A DNA stretch of 64,000 bases from Camelus dromedarius (lineage: Eukaryota): NCBI RefSeq assembly GCF_036321535.1, contig NC_087437.1, forward strand, positions 70,868,001-70,932,000, in the 5' to 3' direction. The translations under genes and the position numbers were made by a program. The notes under the pieces were generated by a model that saw only the letters and a program-made list of their open reading frames with translations, was not told the DNA's origin and did not search any database. This document shows, in pieces, positions 37,826-52,038 of the stretch (the first letter of the stretch is position 1; each line of letters begins with the position of its first letter).

Positions 37826-40473
37826 AACAATAGCATATAAGTATTTGGCAACAAACTGTCTTTTCTAAACTCCATAAATGCCTACCCAGAAGGCAGCTGG
37901 CAGAGTATATGATGCAACTATTATCTGTAAAGCTTTAGGGTTTTTCTTCCCAATTTAGTATTTATAGATCTTACTCTTCCTTACTCTTGGCTGACAATAT
38001 CTTTGCACAGTAGGTTTTTAATAAATGGCTATTGATTTATCAGTTAAAATCATAGAATAAAGCAGTAATTTCCCATGTCTTTATGTTGAAATAGTCATTT
38101 TGAGCCCCATCTACGCCTTTATCTTCAGACCTTGTCAAGCCCTACAACACAGATAGCTTGAGATTTCATTCCACATGCTACCTGCTTTAGGCTTAAAAGT
38201 GAGCATGAGTTTTAATTTGGCTCTTTATCAGGCCTCTTTCAGGGCAGAAGGAGAATCTTTTTTTCTGTCTCCTCCTCTTCCTCATAGGACTGTTAGACAG
38301 TTGAATGAGATCTAGTCTATATAAAAGTATTTTAATTCCTGGAGCAAATGTAATATCAGATTCATAACGTCAGATTGGGGAAGCCTTGGCATCCCAGCAC
38401 GCCAAATAATTGTGAACATCCTCCGTTTTGAGCTTATTCATGGGCCTGAGAGGCGAGGGGCTTATTACTCTAAGCTTTTACAGTAGGTGCGTATGATCTG
38501 TAGCAGCTGCATTAACGGTGTCCTTAGCCCAATGAAACAGCTGATTGCCTAGGCCCTCTCCAGCCACACAAAAGCTGATTCATCATCCTCTCCAACCTGA
38601 TTAGATCCTAAATTTCAGCCACACAAAATGATCTGTAGCCAGGCACTTTTGTGCTAGGTCACAGAATTCCAAAATAGAGAGCATTATTCCAGTTTTGCCT
38701 CAGTTCTTTCTCAGAGAGTCTGTCTCACAGAAAGCCGGGGGAGCCAGTCCCGCCTAGCCTAGACGTTCTGTTGAGTCATGTTTACTGTCCCCCTCAGAAA
38801 GGTTCCAAAAGCAAATGCAAGAGGTTGCTGAATGCAGGGCCATGTGGCGCGCATGCTACTGAAGTGAGAGGCATAGCATACACCTGCTTTTTGGCTGTGG
38901 CAGGCCATCTTGACTGCGCCATGCCACAAGTTAGCATTTTGGATGAGCAATTGCCATTCTGTTGTTTTCTTCTCAACACATGGTGTTCAAAAACAGTTAA
39001 AAGAAAACTGTACCCATTTGCTCATCCCAGAAATCTAAAATTTCAAAGAAGCATGCCAAATTAATTTTCACATAATATTTTCCCAGCTTTTTTCTTTGCC
39101 CTGGGAAATGATGTTTTACTTTTTGAACTCTTGGTGTCCCGGCCTGAGGAGGTAAATGGGTGCAGTTTCTCTTTAAATGGTATTAAACATATCAAAGCAG
39201 GATTAGATCTGTCACCGTCTTTTTTTTTTTTTTTCTAATGGAATCAAAATCCTTCAGGGAGTGTCCCAAATCCACATTAATGTCTTTGAGTGCTAATGTT
39301 TCCACTGGGACTTTTACATTAGCAAAATACAAGCGTGTGGTTTCCCCCCTCTGCTGTCTGTGTAAGAAAGAGGCGACTGCACATCCGTCATTCTCCATGG
39401 CCTTCAGCTAACCCGTGTCACGGTGGCAGAGGATGACTAGAGACTTCTGGTGCTAATGCTTCCTTCTCACCCTTCCCCTCTCTTGTGCGGCTCCCCCGGA
39501 AAGCTACTGTGAATGCTGTTTCCAGCAGGGGAAAAATCTTTGGAATCCCAGCCAGGCCTTTTACTCAGAAAAGACTGACTGCAGTAGCCGTGAATACTAT
39601 CTGTTGAGGGCCTATTGCAACTTAAATTTCACCTTTGGTTCTGATTATGGAAAAATTAGACAAACCTCCATGAGTTCAAGACCTCACCATCGATATTTTT
39701 GTTGTTGATTTGGGGATATCGGTCGCGTGTCCTTATTATTTTAGTACAATTCCTATCCACCTCAATCTTTCTTCTTTATTTCTTTAACAAAGCAAGTAAA
39801 GTGATGTGTTAAAAAATAAAATAAAGTGATGCTGTCAACTCTTGATTATCAAGAGGCAGTGAAAGACTGCAGTGTTGTAGATAGATAATAATTATAAATA
39901 AATAATTGTAGCATGATAATGGATAATAAATAATTCCCACATCACATTTCATCTTAGAATGCACCTTTTTCTTGCATTTGGATATATCCCAGAAAGTTAC
40001 AGCATTTCAAGAGTAACTGTTTTGATATGTGAGGTAGAAAAGGCTGGAAAGCCCCATAGTGTCCTTCTCCAACCCCTGTCCAGCGTCTTCCTTCTTTCAG
40101 CACCATCCTGGCCACAGAAGGCTTTCGTTCTGGAGCTGATGCTCTGAGAGGGCCATCCCTGGAGAGCTGGGAGCTGCGTGCTTCTAAGCTGGCTCCTTGC
40201 ATACTTTCACTTTCTGGAGCACTCTGGAGAACGACACGACTTCCTTAGACACTCTTCCCATCCCTCCCTCTCTCTTCCTCTTCGACACCCTTTCCCGCTT
40301 TTCTTTTCTTCCCTTCTTTTTCTACCCCTCACGCCACGAGGTGAGGAAGCTTGAAAGGGAGTGTGTGTTTTTATGTGGATAGTGGAACGCAGGGAGGAGG
40401 GGATCTCCCGATGCCTGAGCCTTCCACTAGGAAGGAAACTCGGTGTTTTTATTTAAACAACCCTTCCCCACAG

Positions 40474-40538
40474 CTAAGCCTTCACATGTGGAAGAAAAAC
40501 TCAAACCTTTTTCCCTTTCCACACTTCACGAAGACAAG
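40474..40538 (+). ncRNA. Candidate 65-nt exon
   Basis: acccttccccacag| acceptor (40473) and strong donor AAG|GTAAGC (40538/40539). Confidence 0.4.
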
Positions 40539-41049
40539 GTAAGCAAAGGCAGTGACAATGTCAACCCTGGACCGAAAATGAAACCTTTATGCGCAAACTA
40601 TGTGCTCACCTTTAAATCTGTTTGAGGAAAAATCCCTGTCCGTTGGCAATGACTGGGGAATTGACTGTGCTAGATTTTTGTGGAGACTGTGCATGTTTTT
40701 CTGGTATTGGAAGAGTTTGGGGATTTTGTTTGTTTGTTTATGTTTTTAAGCATTAGTTGCACAAAAGCTTTGCAATGTCGGGTAGACTGTCTTCTATAAC
40801 TAAAAAAAAAAAAATACCTTTTTGTAAAAGAGTCATTTGAATTTCCTACATTTAATATTCTTTTGGTGGGTCCAATGTCAGTTTGTTCGTGTTAGCATAT
40901 TTAAATGTCAAGGTGGCAGAAAGTGTGTGTTTGTATTTGTGTAAACTTCTGCACACAATTTAGCACCATGTAGCAGACACTCACTAAAAATATTGCCGAC
41001 GGCATTTACAGTGGTTTCACCTCTTAGTTTCCCTCTTAGCAAACTTTGG

Positions 41050-41285
41050 CAAAGAACACAGGCTTTGTAACTGGACAAACTTAGATCCGTATGTGAGTGT
41101 CACAAATTACTTTCCCCTTTGTGAGTATGCTGAAACCACAATCTTGCTGTGCCTCCGTTCCTTTACCTGAAGAAAAGGAGATGATAATCTCTCCTCTGGA
41201 AGGTTTTTATTAGAATTAAATAAGATGATATATGTAAATCCCCTCTCATAGTGTCTGAAACATGGTAGGCACTTAAATGTTCTTT
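41050..41285 (+). mobile_element. MIR SINE
   Basis: aagaacacaggctttg...ctgtgcctccgttcctttacctg...gaattaaataagatgatatatgtaaa...catggtaggcacttaaatgtt. Confidence 0.85.
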
Positions 41286-41869
41286 CTTGCCTCCCTTCTT
41301 TTTGAGAGAAATGTCTGGATGATATGATCACTTCTTTGGTCTCAAGCTTACCATTAGTGATTTTTCTCCATCTCCGGATGACTTGAACCAATCATATTCA
41401 TTAGTTTTAGCCACTGAATTTTTGTTCATCTCAAAGGAAATCATTCTGCAGTGCTATATACTAAAATATAACTGTGAGCGAAATGACTGGGAGATTAGGT
41501 AGTGTGTTGGAGCTAATAGACCCACGACTCAGCCAGGTTCTTTGCTTTCTCCCCTGCTCCACCCTCATCTTTGACCTAAATACCCTCTCAGAGACTGGGC
41601 AGGAGCCGAGCAGCAAGGCCTGGACAGCCCTGTTTCTGAGCTACGTAGGGCAGTCAATTCAGGGTGGATCCTGAGGGGAAAAGCCTGTCCAGATGCCTAG
41701 AACAGCTGAAATCAATGGCTCAAGCTTTAGATTTGGGGTACTAGAACATTCCAGATTATTGCCAGTCTCTGACAAGTATATAGGGCCTTCTCTCCTGATT
41801 CAAAATTCATGATTATGTTTTATATTCATCCAATGGGAATGAGTTTGACTACTCAATTATTTTGCACCA

Positions 41870-41990
41870 TTATGTTACCAATGTAAAACTTTTTGAAACA
41901 GCGCAAACTGTGTCTAATCATACATTTTTTTTTACTTTCATAATACTTGCACACAGTTGGAGCTCAATAAATATTTGTCAAGTAAACAAA
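41870..41990 (+). mobile_element. L2 3' end
   Basis: aatgtaaaactttttga...cttgcacacagttggagctcaataaatatttgtcaagt. Confidence 0.75.
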
Positions 41991-42214
41991 TTTAGCCAGT
42001 GGCTTCCTGACCATGATAGCAACAAAGCTACAACACAGGATCCTATTTTTACCACCCAGAAATATATTTTATATACTTATCTGTATCTATAGGTCTCTCC
42101 TCTCTGTACGTGTGTGTACTTATATAATCGTTTAAATAAAAGGTCTTAAGGGACCCAGTTCCATTGGATCACTGATCACCCTGAATATGTCTGTGGATTC
42201 ATTACTGATAAAAT

Positions 42215-42332
42215 TGCCAGCTGCATAATTAACTCTGTGACCATTGGCAAGTCCTCAGTTTCCTCATTTACAAAATGCCTGGATTAAATAATCACTAAGG
42301 TAGGAAACCCTTCCAACTCCATAATTCTATTC
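42215..42332 (+). mobile_element. MIR (MIR3/MIRc-like) SINE
   Basis: ctgtgaccattggcaagtcctcagtttcctcatttacaaaatg...ctaagg...cccttccaactcc. Confidence 0.8.
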
Positions 42333-42884
42333 TTTCTCTCCAGTGAGAAATGACATGTGTTTTTGAGAGCCGTGCTATTGTTTGAACTTCATGCAAGTTT
42401 TTCCCCTAATGCAAGAATCACAGATGAAATCTACTGAGGGGCTGGGAATTTGTACTTGCTTTTAAAATTCAGAGCAGCCATTGAACTCCGTGTCTTTTTA
42501 TTTCAATTACTTATCAGTTAGACACTGGGATTCAACGTGGTAGGGCCAAGCTGACCCCGAGAGGAGCCTGCCTTGCTTCTGTCATTTCAAAAAAGAAACT
42601 GAAAGCTGCCCAGATGCCCCCTTCCGGCATCCTTCAGGACACTTCCTCTTCGGTGGGAATAAGGCTGCTAGCTCCAGTCTGGCTTCGGGGATGCTTTTCT
42701 AAACTGACAGGATACGCTTGATATTAATGACAGTCTGCCCTAGTCAGTCTCACCATTTCCAGAATGAGGTGTTTCTGGGTGTTTTTTTTATTTTCTTTTA
42801 ATACCTGTGTGTTTAACGTTGTGTGTGATAAAGCCTGATTGTCCCTATTGGGAAAGTAGATGTTGCAGTCATTATATGCTGATT

Positions 42885-42888
<4 letters not shown>

Positions 42889-42930
<42 letters not shown>
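42889..42930. repeat. (GA)21 microsatellite
   Basis: Directly visible. Confidence 0.95.
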
Positions 42931-42933
<3 letters not shown>

Positions 42934-44059
42934 TAAACTGCCAATATGGTACAGTGCCTCTGGGTCCTTTCGGGTTGTTGTTTTTTTTGTTTTGTTTTGT
43001 TTTTTTCTCTCCTTCTTCCTCTTCCTTTTACAAGAAGAAAAAGACCCTAAATTGTGCCTTTTGGATTAACATCTTCTCCTTTTACATTTGAATTTCAAAA
43101 TCCTCTTTAAATGGGCAGCTCTCAAGGTTTCCATTACTGACAGCTGCTTGGGGCGTCCCAGTGACTTTACGTGGGCATTTCTCCCTTTCAGCCCTTCGTG
43201 AATATCCTGTGCCCTGGGCCCTCTCTCAGTCTTACTAGCACTCAGACAATAACCTCTCCCCTAGGTGGTGCTTCATGATGACCAGAATGACCACGCTGCC
43301 TCTATTACTTTACCTCTCTTCCAGATGCTCCCACGTTCCTGAAGCAAAAGAAAAGTCCTAACATTTATTACATGATAAATTTTGATAAGCACCCAAGTAT
43401 TAGATTTTTATGAGTGCAAAGGGGAAGACCCAGACAACAGACATCAAATCTTATTTTTGGACGACTGCTTTACAGTATAAATGTACAGCACTTGAGGGTA
43501 GCCAAGCCTTATACATTTGAACGAAAGAACGGGGTTGTTGCTTCGTCTGTGTTAGGATCTACTCCTCTTTGGTCTGCAATGCAGTCCTGCTTTGGTTTAA
43601 TTAATCCATTAAGGTCTATCTTAACCCTAGTCAGTAATGATGGAGGGGCTCACCGGAGCCATCTAGAATGGGAGAAATTAGATGGATAATGATTTTTGTG
43701 CTGATGATGTGTTCTGTCTTTTTATATAGTTGGTCCCGTGAGGGGCATATTTCTTTGGTGTATTCCTGCTGATGTTCTCAAGACAGATATATTAAAGAGA
43801 AATAAATTATCAGACTATGAGATTTTGCTAGTGTCTAATTCTTGGTGTGTAAATTTAGTGTTTTAAAATCAAAGCTATCTTTAAAAGTATATTCTTATCA
43901 ATGTAACATTAAATAATCAAGAGGATGAGAGAAATTTGAGAAACTCTCATTTGAGTATTATTTTTTATTACACTTAGATGCTGTTATAGAATATTAATGT
44001 TTACAGTCTTCTTCTGATTACTCTCTCCTCCAAGAGTAAACTGTTTAAGATGATTCTTC

Positions 44060-44820
44060 TTCAATCCAATTCAACAGGTGTTTGCTGATACCTACCACAT
44101 GCATAGTGGTTGACAGTTCTCAAAAATCGGGTGACTTAAGTAGTTTTATATGTCTTAAAGTAACAAAACAGGACAGTGGGGGCTTTTTGTACATATAACT
44201 ATTTGAAATCAAGACCTAAAGTTGCAAGGCAATAAATTCATCAAGCTGTATTGGTTGAATACCCACTATGTTTTTCCTGCTATCAATGGAATTTATAAGC
44301 AACTACAATATACATTTAAAATGCAATCGATTTTTTTAAATGTGGTAAAGCAGATGGAGTGGTTTTTACCTTGTTTTAGAGGGATGGCGATCGGCTGACA
44401 GTAATCTTGGAAATCTCTCTAGAGGAAGCAGCGTTTAAGTCATAGTTCGAAGGAAGGAAAGATGCTCTTCAGTGCTGAGGAATTATTCCCCAGATTCAGG
44501 CTTATGTGAGACAGGTTCAGAGATGGGCTTTTCCACATAAAGAGAAGATCTTCAATGGCAAGAAGCAAGAAGGCAGAGATCTCCTTAGTGGATGGATATG
44601 GGGGGCCTGGATGGCACCATTTTCTGACAGATTAGATGAGTGTACCTACAAAGGGCTTTCAGTGCTGGGAGTTTGCAATTCCTAATTGATCTGAAGTAGC
44701 ATAGAAATCCATTGGAGTACTGAAGAGGTAACTATGACAATCAAACCATTGAGAAGATGTTTTAGAGGGAGGGGGCAATGTTTATCTCCTAGGTATGCTG
44801 TGATCAAGAGCTAGCCAAGA

Positions 44821-44861
<41 letters not shown>

Positions 44862-45240
44862 AGTTCATTTTAAGAAATGTTCCATATTTTAAAATGTGAA
44901 AGTGTAGCAGAAGTTTGGGGCATAGAATGGTGTCATGGAATGTGGTTGTATAGAATTTGGATAGCAGGGATGATTTAAAAAGAAAGAATGCTCTATAGGG
45001 AATTTGAGGCGCAGGTAGAACGTCTAATCAGAGGTATTCTGAAGAGGAAGTGTTAACTGAATTAACTTAATTAACCATAACTAAGAGAGGCGGATTTTAG
45101 GAAAAGATGGATGAGTGCATCAACCCTTCAAATGTGTGATTATAAGAAGAAAAAACTGAGCCTAAAGATGATGCCTTTTGAGAGACAGCAAGGTTAGGAG
45201 ATAGTAGAGGAATACTGAGAGAATAATGGAAGGGATAGCT
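44060..45240 (-). mobile_element. Highly decayed L2 LINE, with A30 at 44829-44858
   Basis: caattcaacaggtgtttgctgatacctacc 3' end; ctagaggaagcagcgtttaag...gaaggaagg; purine-rich antisense-L2 composition. Confidence 0.5.
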
Positions 45241-45321
45241 TGAGCCAAGATCTTAAACTACAGAAAGCAAAGGCAAAGGAAGAAGCCGTTTCCAGAAGCT
45301 TTTTAGGGAAACAACAAGAAA

Positions 45322-45500
45322 CTTGAAGGAAATTTGCAGGATCATCTCAGCCAATGCCAGGTTCTGTGTGTGGGGAAAAGGAAGCCCAGAAGAGAGGCAT
45401 GGTCGTGTACACACAGCTAACTTGTAGAAGAGCCAGAACTGGGGCACACAGGTCCTTGATCACGGTCATGTGCTCCTTCCACTGTGCTGTACCACCTCCA
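45322..45500 (-). mobile_element. MIR SINE
   Basis: ggaagcccagaagag...cacacagctaacttgtagaagagccagaact...gtgctccttccactgtgc. Confidence 0.8.
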
Positions 45501-48054
45501 CGAAGGACCTGTCCAATCCCCTCTTGCAAATGTCAGGAGTTAAACAAGGAAAGGCTGAGTATGTAGGGCCAGACTGACATAAACTGACTTGTGTAAATCT
45601 GTTGATAAGAGAAAGGAGAGGGTGATGTTGAAACCTCCATCCCTGTTTTCACTCGGGCCAGGATGGACAACAGAGAAGGAGAATGAATAGTTTTGAGTAT
45701 TTCAGAGCAACTTCTTATTACCTGCTAAGTATCAGAATCACATGGATAAGTGGGCTACACCATTTTGCAAGTGTAGAAGCATATTTAGATTTTATTTAAA
45801 TATCAGCTCTTTTCAACTTGATCTTTAATAATGAGAGAAAATTCTAGGGGTTGCATGTTGAATTAAAATAATTAAAATTGAACCAAGACTTGGTTTGGAA
45901 AAAAAAAAAAAAAAAAAGACTGAAACTGAAGAATCCTTCACTCTAACCTAAACTGAGAGATTGGTTTGCTTTGGACTTTGACTGGCTTTCTTCAGTACAG
46001 CCATGCAAAGATTTGGCCAGTGCTATAGTCCAGAAAACAGGTCGTGCTTTGCTTGCTAAATATTTTTAAATTGGCCCTTTTTCTTCAGGAGGACCTCCTG
46101 GGTTTTGCCTGAGTGAGGACCATAAACTTGAGTCCATGTTAACTACAACTGTTAAGGTCTTGTGAGATGGAGGAGATTCTATGCAGTTGTGACATGGTGA
46201 AGGGGGCTCCCCTGCATAATGTGATCCATGTCTTTAGGAATAGTGCTTTGCTCCCATGTTAATACATTCTGGAAATTGCTCAAGAGGCAGTTTTGGCATT
46301 AGAATAGCAACTTTCAAAGCAGTGAACGTCAGCACTTCTATTTCTCCTTCTTCTTGGCGTGCATTACATGAAGCTGGAAAGACTAATTGGCTAAATGAAG
46401 GGACTCAGTGTCACAGAGTTGAAATCCTGGCATGTAAATGGAGAGGTGGAGAGAGACTTTGCATGCATATCTATATGGCCTCCCTTTGTGAATTATCATA
46501 ATAGAAATGGTTCTGCCCCTTCTCTAGTTTCCCTGCGAGATGAGTTGGGGTGTGAAGTGCATGGCACAGAAATTCACCGAGCTTTGTATCTATGATTACT
46601 TGTCTCTGTGCGCATCTTTCCCGCTCCTAAATTGCATGTTTACCTAAGGTCGCTGCATAATACATTGTTTTAAAAGATGTGTCCCTGAATTCAGGTTATT
46701 ATATGACAATTATAATATGCTGTATATAGCTGAATGCTAGAAAGAAAAAAATCCGTAAATGTCATTTTTAAAAGCAAACAAAGAAATAAGTATCTTATTT
46801 GTTTTATAAAGCATTAGTGCTGCTTCCTTGACCTCTGCCAAGCATTTATAAAGACTGATCAATAATGGGACCAAACATTTCACATGAGATTGGCTCCCTA
46901 TGACAGCCGCCAGCTTAGCATGTGAGGTGTTTCAGTCCTTGGATCACACTGTTTCACTTTTTGTGAAAGAGTATTTCCAGATAAGCTCTACAGCTCATTT
47001 TTAACTTTTATAAAAAGCCAAAGTCTAGGGCTCATTTGGTTTACCTGTCCTGCCTTCTAGCAACACTTTACCTAAATCGTCATAGAAAAAAGGAGCCCGA
47101 ATGTGTTTCATAAACTTATAGGACATCTCAGTATTTCATCTGAGGATTTAATATCTCCTGAAATATGACAGAACTTTATAGCTAAACTAAATCCTTGATG
47201 TTTCTTAAGGCCCCGTTTTAAATGTTTAATCTGAATTATAGACGAAGAACATCTATTAACACATCATCTCACTGATAACCATTATCAAACCTCTTAAAAT
47301 ATTTTGGGCAGGCAAGGAGGAAGAGTTCTTTGACCTTTGCCCTGAACCCTCTCTAAGCTTTTCCCATCTCCATTAACTATGGAACTTTAAATCCCAAAGT
47401 TGATGTAAAAGATGGAGTGAATTTAAGCTATCCAGTTCTTTGTTAGCATCTATCACCATTTTATTTTTAAAGCACATTTTATGCTTAGCAAAATTTATGA
47501 GAGAAGAACCTGATGCAGTGATGGTCTATAATATAAGTACCCACAGACTAATTATTGTTAAATTATTGATCATCGAGAAAATAATTTGAAATCATCAGGT
47601 ACCACTGTATGGAATTCTATGGTTAAAGAGCATTCCGTGGAACTTTAATGCCAAAATAGGGTCTTGGTGATTCAGCTGAAAGCTGGGCGAATTTTAGACA
47701 TTGGTAAAAACCAAATTTGAGGATGTCAAATTCGATTCAAAGGCCGAATATTAAAATGTTGCCCTTTGATGATAGACAAGAAAGGGGCTTGCCTGGAGAA
47801 GAACTTGGGTAGATACGCGAGGCTCTTGCGGCCAAGGAGTAGGAAATGCCACTTCATGCTGCATTCTACCCAAGAAGAGGATAAAATACCGTAAACTTCG
47901 ACTACTGCCAGTCACTGTCATGCCACTCTAAACGTGACTGACCTTAAATGTATATAACATCTTTTTGTCCCATAGCTTATCATATAATTTCATTCATCTC
48001 ATCAGTGAATGAATGTACATGAACACAAATGAATATGAATATGAGTGACTATAA

Positions 48055-48170
48055 TTGTACAGGTATCATTTTCTCCAAACGGGAAACAGGAGAGCCGAGG
48101 CCTAGTGTTACCTATACAATCAGTGTAGAATCAAAACCAGAACTAGGCTTGATGTCTGGAATCCACACAC
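48055..48170 (-). mobile_element. MIR fragment
   Basis: tatcattttctcc...gagccgaggcctag...agaactaggcttgatgtctggaatcca. Confidence 0.5.
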
Positions 48171-48278
48171 TGTTGTTTTCAGGGCCAAGTGGAGCAAGTT
48201 ATGTTTAGTTTGATTTTAATCCATTTCAGAATCTGGACCTCTTACAAAATGTCTGATTGTATCCTGTTTTTCTTGTAG

Positions 48279-48410
48279 ATTTCTAGAAAGGGAGCTACAA
48301 TGGGGGGGGGTGGAGGGTAAATCTATTTTTGACAATGAAATGTTTTTGCTCTTATAATCTTATCAGCTGAATTACCAGAAAATTCATCTTCTGTGTCAAA
48401 CTCACATAAG
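48279..48410 (+). ncRNA. Candidate 132-nt non-coding exon
   Basis: ctgattgtatcctgtttttcttgtag| acceptor (48278) and near-consensus donor AAG|GTGAGT (48410/48411). Confidence 0.4.
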
Positions 48411-51400
48411 GTGAGTAATGACAAGGCAGCATTAGATTCACAAAATGTACTTTCTTGCTGTGTATTCCTCACACATCAGACAAAAGTCGCTTTTACAAAG
48501 CTGTAACTGGTGATTATATAAGGTCCTGCCAGGAGGTTTGTAAATCCCTGACACCAGGGAAGCGGCAGCAACAACCCAGAGGGGTCTCTGCCCTCTGTGG
48601 TCTTAGAGAGGCTGCCACATGCGCTTTGAGTCCCATTTTGAAAAATCCCAAGGTAGGAAAGCCACAGTTGAAGCAGCAGATGCAGTGGTCTAAGCAAAAT
48701 GTAGTTCGTCTTTCGTTTCTCTTCATTATTTATCCTGTTGTCATGCCTGCGGGAGAGAAAAAAAAGGAATTAAACAGAATAAGAATTCCTTAAACTTTGT
48801 TTCCTTCTGTGTTCATCAAGGCTGGAAGGGGGCTGCAGAAGCGCCCCTGCACAGAGGTGCGCCCCTGCCCTGCCCACCCCTTGCCGCAGAGGAGGCTTCC
48901 GCCTCCTCCTGGGAGAGACCTTGCTAGGATGTGGCCAGAAGCAAAGTGAGGTGTCTAGGGAGAGAGGGGAGGAGACAGAGCGACCTCAGCTAGGTGAGGG
49001 GCATGTAGAGAAAGGGAGTACTTTCCCTGAGAGGCTCACCGACCACTGAGAGTTTAAAAAAAAACAACAACAACAGTAGTCTTAAAATGATCTTAATGTC
49101 TTATTTTTCCCTTCATCAGGAAATTAGCACTCTGTAAATTATGTTTTTGAGTGTGTCCTGATGTATGTCTAAATCAGGAATGCATTTTTATGGCTGGATT
49201 ATAAACCCGTCATAATAGCGAGGGGTTAAAATGGAATGCCTTCAAAAGATAACCTATACCTAGCGCAGGCTTGAGACTCGATTAGCCCAGCTATTAAAAC
49301 CAGGAGGACAAACTGTTTCTTCCCTGGAAACAAAAGCTGTTAGGCTACGGCCTGACCCAGTACAAAAGTTTTCTGAATCTCTCTCCACTTTACAAAACGT
49401 CGGTGCATTGCTGCTGTCTGCAGTGAAGCTGTTTACAGCTCTGTGCTAAGTGGAAAGTTCAAATCAATTATTGTCCATTAGAGTTTAGGTATAACTGATG
49501 AAATATCCCCAGAGGAGGATTGTAAATGTATCAAGACGTCCTTCCCCATTATAGAAATGGGGACGCATCGTGAATTACTTACCTTCTCTCTTACCCTTAA
49601 TGCCTCTGAAAGGCTGCTGGGCAGACAGAGCTTATCTTGTCTTGCTGGGATTTTAAGTGAGGACTTTCCCATTTGGTGAACACATGTAGTGAGACGACAG
49701 AAATTCCAGGTTCCAATTCCCTGTATAGCCTCCCTACACTCCCTTGTGGACATAAAGGCCTAAGAAACAAAAGATATAAAAGAAAACCCTAAAAAAAAAA
49801 AAAAAAAAAAAAAAAGATTGAAAGTGCAACCCAGAAGTTCCCTGCAATCAGGTTCTTTTAGAAATGCTAAGTTTCCTGTTAATCAAATCGGAAACGCTTG
49901 AAGTCCAGATTTTCAGCTAATGACAGTAAGATGTAATGTCAGATAACTTGGGTCAGGATGCTTTCTTTCATTAAACTAGGTCTCTCCATCAAGTTTCAGC
50001 AGGGCAGAAAAGGCGACCCATTCACTGCTCAAGCCTGAGAGGGACAATATTCATTTCGCAGATTCTGTTACTCAATTACGGAACCCAGCAGTGCCTTTCA
50101 CCCTGTAAAGACCAGCACTAAGAAAAAAAGAGGGGTCTGGTTTGCAATCTGCTCTGATAGGAGATGGAATAGAGACGCTTGACTTTCTTTTAAGGTTGTT
50201 TTTACTTGGTCTCTTCTCTTAGTTCTGCCCCACAGCAATTTCTGTTTCCTAGAGGTCCTAAGGCTGAAATACATGTGGGCTCCTCTTGTCACAGGAAAGC
50301 CTGGTATCATTCCTCAGGGTGCTATAGTTTCTCAAAAACCAGAAGTGACAGAAAGGTCAAGGAGACATCATTCTCCCTTATCAACCTTTCCTTCCTCCGT
50401 GTGCACAGGTGGACCAGACACCTTTTTATTCAGAGTTCGTCCTTTTCAGCTCCGATGGCTGCCCAGTGGGGAAACAGTGGAACCCAATTCCAACACAATC
50501 CCACAGGCCAGTCATACTAGGGATAAGTAAGAAGCATCTTTAAAATGCAGCACTGATTTCTTTGTGTTTCTTTAACTCCAATATAACTCCAAGGATGTTC
50601 CTTTCTGCTGACAGCTCTGTCCGTGGTGCTAAGTAGGAAACTGACTGTATGTCTTCCCTGTGGTCCATACTGCGTACCCCCAACTCTCCTGGGGGCTTCC
50701 AGTTATCTGTCTATAGAGACGCTAGTTGCTATACCATAAATCTGGTTGAGAGGAAGACCCAAGTTTCCAGGATATTTATTGGATCAGATTTTCTTCTAGG
50801 TCACTCAGGTAATGAGAGATTTCATGTTGTTTCTCACCTTGATCTAGGTAGGTCTGTTGCGTTTTTTTAAGTTGATGAGAAGTCCTCTGGAATCTACCTT
50901 TGATTGCTAAACCATCACTCCTTTACCAAATCAGGTGCTGTGAAAACTGTCACTCATTCAAAGGGTAGAATCTGGCTTCATGCCCATCCACATTCCCCTC
51001 CCTTCAAATGTACACACAGCCTCACATCACTAGCCTCTAATAACTATTGATATTTAAAGCATTAGTCCATTTCCTTCCCCCCATTCGTAGTAATGACCAC
51101 TGGCCTGCTACTCTCCACATGCATGGGGTATCTTTTTCTTCACTCAAATTTCATTTACTCTATTTGGTATAACAGTTGTTTGGGCAACTCAGATTTTACA
51201 GTTGTTCCCTCTCAGTATTTTAGGAGAATTATTTTACATACTATGTTTGAAACTAAAATTTAGTGATTAAAGTCTAAATTCTTCAAAACAATATTTTACA
51301 AAGAGAACTGCCTTTAGACGTATCCCTTGTCTTAATGACAAAATGCTAGAGGACTACCCAGATCCACCTCATTTTTTTAGTGAAGGAGATCATCTAGATT

Positions 51401-52038
51401 CTACACCTGAAAAGCAGCTGAAATCTGATCACATTAAATATATACCCACAGTACCAAGTGTGTGTTCTGACTTATTTTCCTGCCCCATAACTCTGGGTAA
51501 GAGTGTGTTACATCAGTCCTTTTTAAATCAGCTTCCCTGTTCTGCAGCCGTTTTGCCTGCCCTCTTCTGAGAATCAGCCAGCACACCCAGAGACTGCTAA
51601 CATGCTTGCTCGGATTTAAGGAGAAGTCCTGATTTTCCAGTTTGTTCTAGCCGTTACTTGTGTTCCAAATTATCTTACTGGGTCTGTATTAATTTTCTGT
51701 TTCCAAAAGTAAACTCCGTGTATTTCAAGGCAGCATGATTTCTTTTTTACATTTTCCAGGGAACTGGTGTTTTTAATGTCATGTGAGGACAACATTACAC
51801 AATGGATCTTTGGCAGGGATACACAGAAATGAATACCGTGTGCGAACAAACATTAAATGGCAGTCTTAATTACAGAGTTTGACTCTGTTGTTTTTAATGC
51901 CCTTCAATTTTATAATTTGATGGAAAATGCATCAACACAGCTATTTTCTTTCTACCCTAAATGATTAAGGATTGATATATCCCCCCAAGCCATGGTAGCT
52001 TGTTAGATTGGTCTGATCAGGTAGGTCTTACATTTTAT

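Noticed and set aside
44829..44858. A30 run as a possible retrocopy tail (also ~49791-49815)
   Set aside because: No upstream element body or target-site duplication visible.
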